Shown in pieces: positions 26,174-32,000 of a stretch of 32,000 nt of DNA. The DNA comes from Candidatus Saccharimonas aalborgensis (GTDB lineage Bacteria; Patescibacteriota; Saccharimonadia; Saccharimonadales; Saccharimonadaceae): NCBI RefSeq assembly GCF_000392435.1, contig NC_021219.1, positions 390,001 through 422,000 on the forward strand, in the 5' to 3' direction. Position 1 is the stretch's first letter. Each line of letters begins with the position of its first letter. A model generated the notes under the pieces. It saw only the letters and a list, made by a program, of their open reading frames with translations, searched no databases and was not told where the DNA came from. Made by a program: the position numbers and the translations under genes.

Positions 26174-27664
26174 CAATACCACTTTTCAAGCCCTCGTTGA
26201 AGCAGGTAATCTCACTGGCGAAGTCGTTGCTATCAACCGATTTATCGTTGAAGTAAAAGGACTCGAAGGAGTCAGGATTGGTGCTCAGGTGTTGTTTGAT
26301 GATGGTCAGCGCGGTATGGTCCGCGAGGCCTACGGTGACCGCGTCATCCTCTATAACATTGACAGTGAGTTGCTGATGCTGGGTGCATTAGCCGTTGTCG
26401 AGCATGACATGCTCGAAGTGCCGGTGGGTCCGGAGCTAGTCGGGCGCGTTATCACTCCCATGGGACTTCCCCTCGATAATCTAGGGCCTATTACCACCGC
26501 GCAGCACTCTGGTATCTTCAATCTTGCACCAGGCATTATGGACCGCAAAATGCTTGATGAACAGCTCGCCAGTGGTGTCACAGCGGTAGACAGCTTCTTT
26601 CCTATTGTCCTTGGCCAGCGTATCGCAATCTTGGGAGATAGTAAGTCTGGTAAATCGACTTTTTTGAGTCAGTTGACAGCAAACCAACAAGGCACCGACC
26701 GAATCGTAGTATACGTGCTGGTCGGCAAACGAAAAGTTGATATCGAACGACTCCTGCGCGACCTGCGAGAGTCCGGTGCTATGGAGCATACGATCGTCGT
26801 ACTCGCCAATATTTTTGACTCTCTAACGCAAAGTTACCTTGCACCCTACGCCGCCTGTGCAATGGCAGAATACCTCTGGTATGGAGGGCAAGACGTCATT
26901 ATTATCTACGACGACCTCTCTGGTCATGCAGAGGCGTACCGTCAACTTTCACTCTTGCAAGAAGTTGATCCGGGACGCGACTCGTATCCGGGAGATATCT
27001 TTTATACTCATTCTAGCTTGCTCGAACGCGCCGGCAAGCTGCTGACAAACGGCAAGACCCTCACTTCATTACCTGTAGTGCTGACCCCAAACGATGATAT
27101 TACCGCCTACCTGAGCACTAACATTATGTCGATTACTGATGGACAGATCATCTTTGACTTAGGATATTTTCGCAAAGGTATCCGACCCGCTGTCAATGCC
27201 GGGTTGTCAGTGTCCCGTGTCGGTGGACAGGCTCAGACAAAGCGTCAAAAGCAACTTTCCACCGCACTTTTCAAAGCACTTGCTCGCTATCATCAGGCCG
27301 ACGAGTTCTCACACTTTTCAAGTCAGCTAAGTAAGGAGACAAAGGTCGATCTCACCCGTGGGAAGCACCTTTATGCTGCCTTACAGCAACCGCCCGAACA
27401 ACTCTTTTCACTCCTCGAACAACAACTGATGCTTGAGACTATCATGCTGCCTGAAGACGACCGATCGATTGATATCGCTAAGCTCAAGGAAGCAGTAAAA
27501 GGAAAGGTGCTTCCTGGCGAGGAGAGCTACACTCCCACCGAAGAGGAGCTCCTCGAACAGTTTGGCGCACATGTAGTAAGCGAACAACCAGCTCCAGCCG
27601 TCGAAGAACCGCCCGTTACACCTGACAAAAAACCTGCTAAAGCTCCTAAAAAGGAGAAACGCTG

Positions 27665-27665
<1 letters not shown>
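26166..27665 (+). CDS. atpA: F1 ATPase alpha subunit (divergent)
   Basis: Walker A GDSKSGKST (26634-26660), IIYDDLS, SYPGDIFYTHSSLLERA, ITDGQI and RPAVNAGLSVSRVGGQAQ. I trimmed the start to ATG 26166 (8-nt overlap with delta). The C-terminus has an acidic/Pro/Lys tail. Confidence 0.92.
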
Positions 27666-30224
<2,559 letters not shown>

Positions 30225-30225
30225 G

Positions 30226-31239
30226 CTACTGTGTCACGACGTAATCAAAGGCAAACCCGCCCGGAGGCAAGGCTTCTGCCGTGCTAATCGAAAAACCGTT
30301 TGAGGTACGGTTGATATAAAACCCATTGACCGCACGACCAACTGGGCTCACTACAACGTGAGGGGTGGTGGCATATTTAGTTTGAAAGCTAAGATTCACC
30401 AGCGTTCCCCCGCCTGCATTTATCCCGGTGTTGATCGCAATAGTACCAGAGGTGTCATTGCCGCTAATCGAGACTGTCCCGTTACTGCCCGCCCCTGCCC
30501 CTGCACTCACCGACGGTGCTGCTCCGGTGGTTATCAAGTGTCCAGCAACGGTCAGCGTATTGACCTGAAAGTTGCGCACCGATAGCGCCCCACCGATAGC
30601 CAAACTGCCGACCACATTTACGTTATTGTTGACCGTTACCAACTGGTCGACAGTCAACTGGCCCTGAATCCGGGTTGTGCCGGCAACAGCGAGCTCCTTT
30701 TGTAATTTGAGTGAGATCATGGTGCCGTCACCATTGACGCTCAGCTGTGAGGCAGCTACCGTACCGGCCTGAATCTTCGATAGGTTGGCCGCCGATGCCG
30801 TCAGCGTATTGTTTAAGTTGAGCTGCCCTGACATACTGACATCACCCGCCACAGCAACCTTGCCATTGAACTTGGTATTTGGTCCGATCGTCAGGATGGT
30901 CTCTGCACCACCACTTGGATTACGATCGACACCAAGTTTATTCAGCGCGTCCAGATTTACCGTGACGTTTTGCTGTGCCGCAGATACTGCATCAGCTTGA
31001 CCTTTCATCAGAAAGGCGATAACGACCGCATTCAAGATCAAGATAACCGCCACGACAGTGAGGCCGATGAAGGTTGCTTTGTGACTTGGCCGATACATAC
31101 TCCGACGCGGCGCAGGATCGGTACTAACCGCAGGTGCAGCCGATACCTGTGTATCGACGGTTGCATCAAGAGAGGAAGTCTGAACGGTCAAAACTTCGGG
31201 GCGCGGCGCGCTCGTTCCCTCTTTTTGGTCTTCGGTCAT
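30226..31239 (-). CDS. membrane-anchored surface protein with beta-helix-like repeats (hypothetical)
   Basis: 337 aa. Cytoplasmic N-terminus, one TM (FIGLTVVAVILILNAVVIAFL), then V/T/G/N/S-rich repeats (e.g. LTVDQLVTVNNNVNVVGSLAIGGALSV). Convergent with atpC, with one base between the two stop codons. Confidence 0.65.
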   Translation of the reverse strand: MTEDQKEGTSAPRPEVLTVQTSSLDATVDTQVSAAPAVSTDPAPRRSMYRPSHKATFIGLTVVAVILILNAVVIAFLMKGQADAVSAAQQNVTVNLDALNKLGVDRNPSGGAETILTIGPNTKFNGKVAVAGDVSMSGQLNLNNTLTASAANLSKIQAGTVAASQLSVNGDGTMISLKLQKELAVAGTTRIQGQLTVDQLVTVNNNVNVVGSLAIGGALSVRNFQVNTLTVAGHLITTGAAPSVSAGAGAGSNGTVSISGNDTSGTIAINTGINAGGGTLVNLSFQTKYATTPHVVVSPVGRAVNGFYINRTSNGFSISTAEALPPGGFAFDYVVTQ

Positions 31240-31350
31240 CAGGAGTCCCCTAGTATCATTATCTCTGTTTTTCCACCATTATCTATCCACCAGTATAGCC
31301 TTTTCAGGAGTAACTTGCAAAATACTCATGCTTCAGAAACAATAGACACT

Positions 31351-32000
31351 ATGGTAGGACGAATTAACGGCTACGGAGTGTTGGGGCTAGTTGTTGGCTG
31401 TGTGCTTCTTTGTTCTAACTATGTCTCCGCTGAGACACTACAGTCGAACAATTATCGCTTCGATGAATCAACACTCGGAGCAGGCGGACTCAACCAGTCG
31501 ACCTCAAATAGCTACGCCGGCTCGGGTGCCTACGGTGATATTGGTGTAGGAGAGTCTGCATCCAACAATTATCAGATACGAGTCGGAACACCGACGACTC
31601 CTGATCCTACCCTTACTATCGAACTACTCTCGACAAATGCTAACTTTGGCGTTCTCTCGCCTACCAGTGCTGCAACAGCGACAGCGTCATTTTCGGTGAT
31701 TAACTACACAAGCTATGGTTACGCGGTACAGCTGACTGGCAGTGCGCCGACAAATGGCGCTCACTCGATAAGCGCGATGGGTACCACGACTGTTTCACAG
31801 CCTGGCATTGAGCAGTTTGGTGTCAATCTTGTTGCCAATACCTCTCCCGTATCTTTCGGTGCAAACCCAGATAATGGCCAGTTCGGCTACGGTCAAGTTG
31901 GTACGGGAGCCGGTGATACCACGTACTCTACCCCTAATCAATTTCACTACGCCAGTGGTGATATCATCGCCAGTGCCCCCAAAAGTTCTGGCAAAACTAT
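31351..32000 (+). CDS. secreted protein with SNNY-type repeats (5' partial; runs off the window)
   Basis: My own translation: MVGRINGYGVLGLVVGCVLLCSNYVSAETLQSNNYRFDESTLGAGGLNQSTSNSYAGSGAYGDIGVGESASNNYQIRVG.... It has a signal peptide and stays open to the window end. Upstream geometry is TTGCAA(31315)-17-AACAAT(31338)-7-ATG. Confidence 0.6.
   Translation, partial: MVGRINGYGVLGLVVGCVLLCSNYVSAETLQSNNYRFDESTLGAGGLNQSTSNSYAGSGAYGDIGVGESASNNYQIRVGTPTTPDPTLTIELLSTNANFGVLSPTSAATATASFSVINYTSYGYAVQLTGSAPTNGAHSISAMGTTTVSQPGIEQFGVNLVANTSPVSFGANPDNGQFGYGQVGTGAGDTTYSTPNQFHYASGDIIASAPKSSGKT

Overview
Gene-dense bacterial chromosomal window, roughly 90% coding, read with the standard genetic code. GC looks mid-40s to about 50% by eye; I did not compute it. 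I found no rRNA, tRNA, CRISPR array, transposase or integrase. Recognisable content: three Nudix-fold genes, trmB, a CPA2/Kef-type antiporter, a cysteine-free MutY-like glycosylase, an MBL-fold hydrolase, an EamA transporter, aspS, a DUF21-CBS protein, a DsbA-like oxidoreductase, an AbrB-like gene next to a DHA2 MFS exporter, a PAP2 phosphatase, a TerC/DUF475-like membrane protein, a wHTH/OmpR/HisKA operon, a PadR plus PspC-domain pair, a SIS-like protein, a TylF-type methyltransferase and several secreted or anchored surface proteins. The many orphan surface proteins and the pilin-type signal suggest a small-genome Gram-positive-type or Patescibacteria (Saccharibacteria-like) lineage, but that is inference only. 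The most unusual locus is a run of seven tightly packed genes at 23964-30224. Clear F1 ATPase subunits (delta, alpha, gamma, beta, epsilon) follow a 276-aa secreted protein ending in a two-helix membrane hairpin with a cytoplasmic G-R-N-P loop, and a 300-aa single-TM coiled-coil protein. The usual a (atpB) and c (atpE) subunit genes are absent from that position and from the window. Other points worth a second look: a 40-aa ORF that is only a type IV prepilin signal plus helix and shares a GTGA stop/start overlap with the methyltransferase; a 435-440 aa orphan with desaturase-like histidine boxes but almost no membrane segments; a wHTH fused to a degenerate Nudix domain; nested palindromes in the padR control region; and -10 boxes sitting 6-8 nt before start codons at many genes, which suggests leaderless mRNAs.
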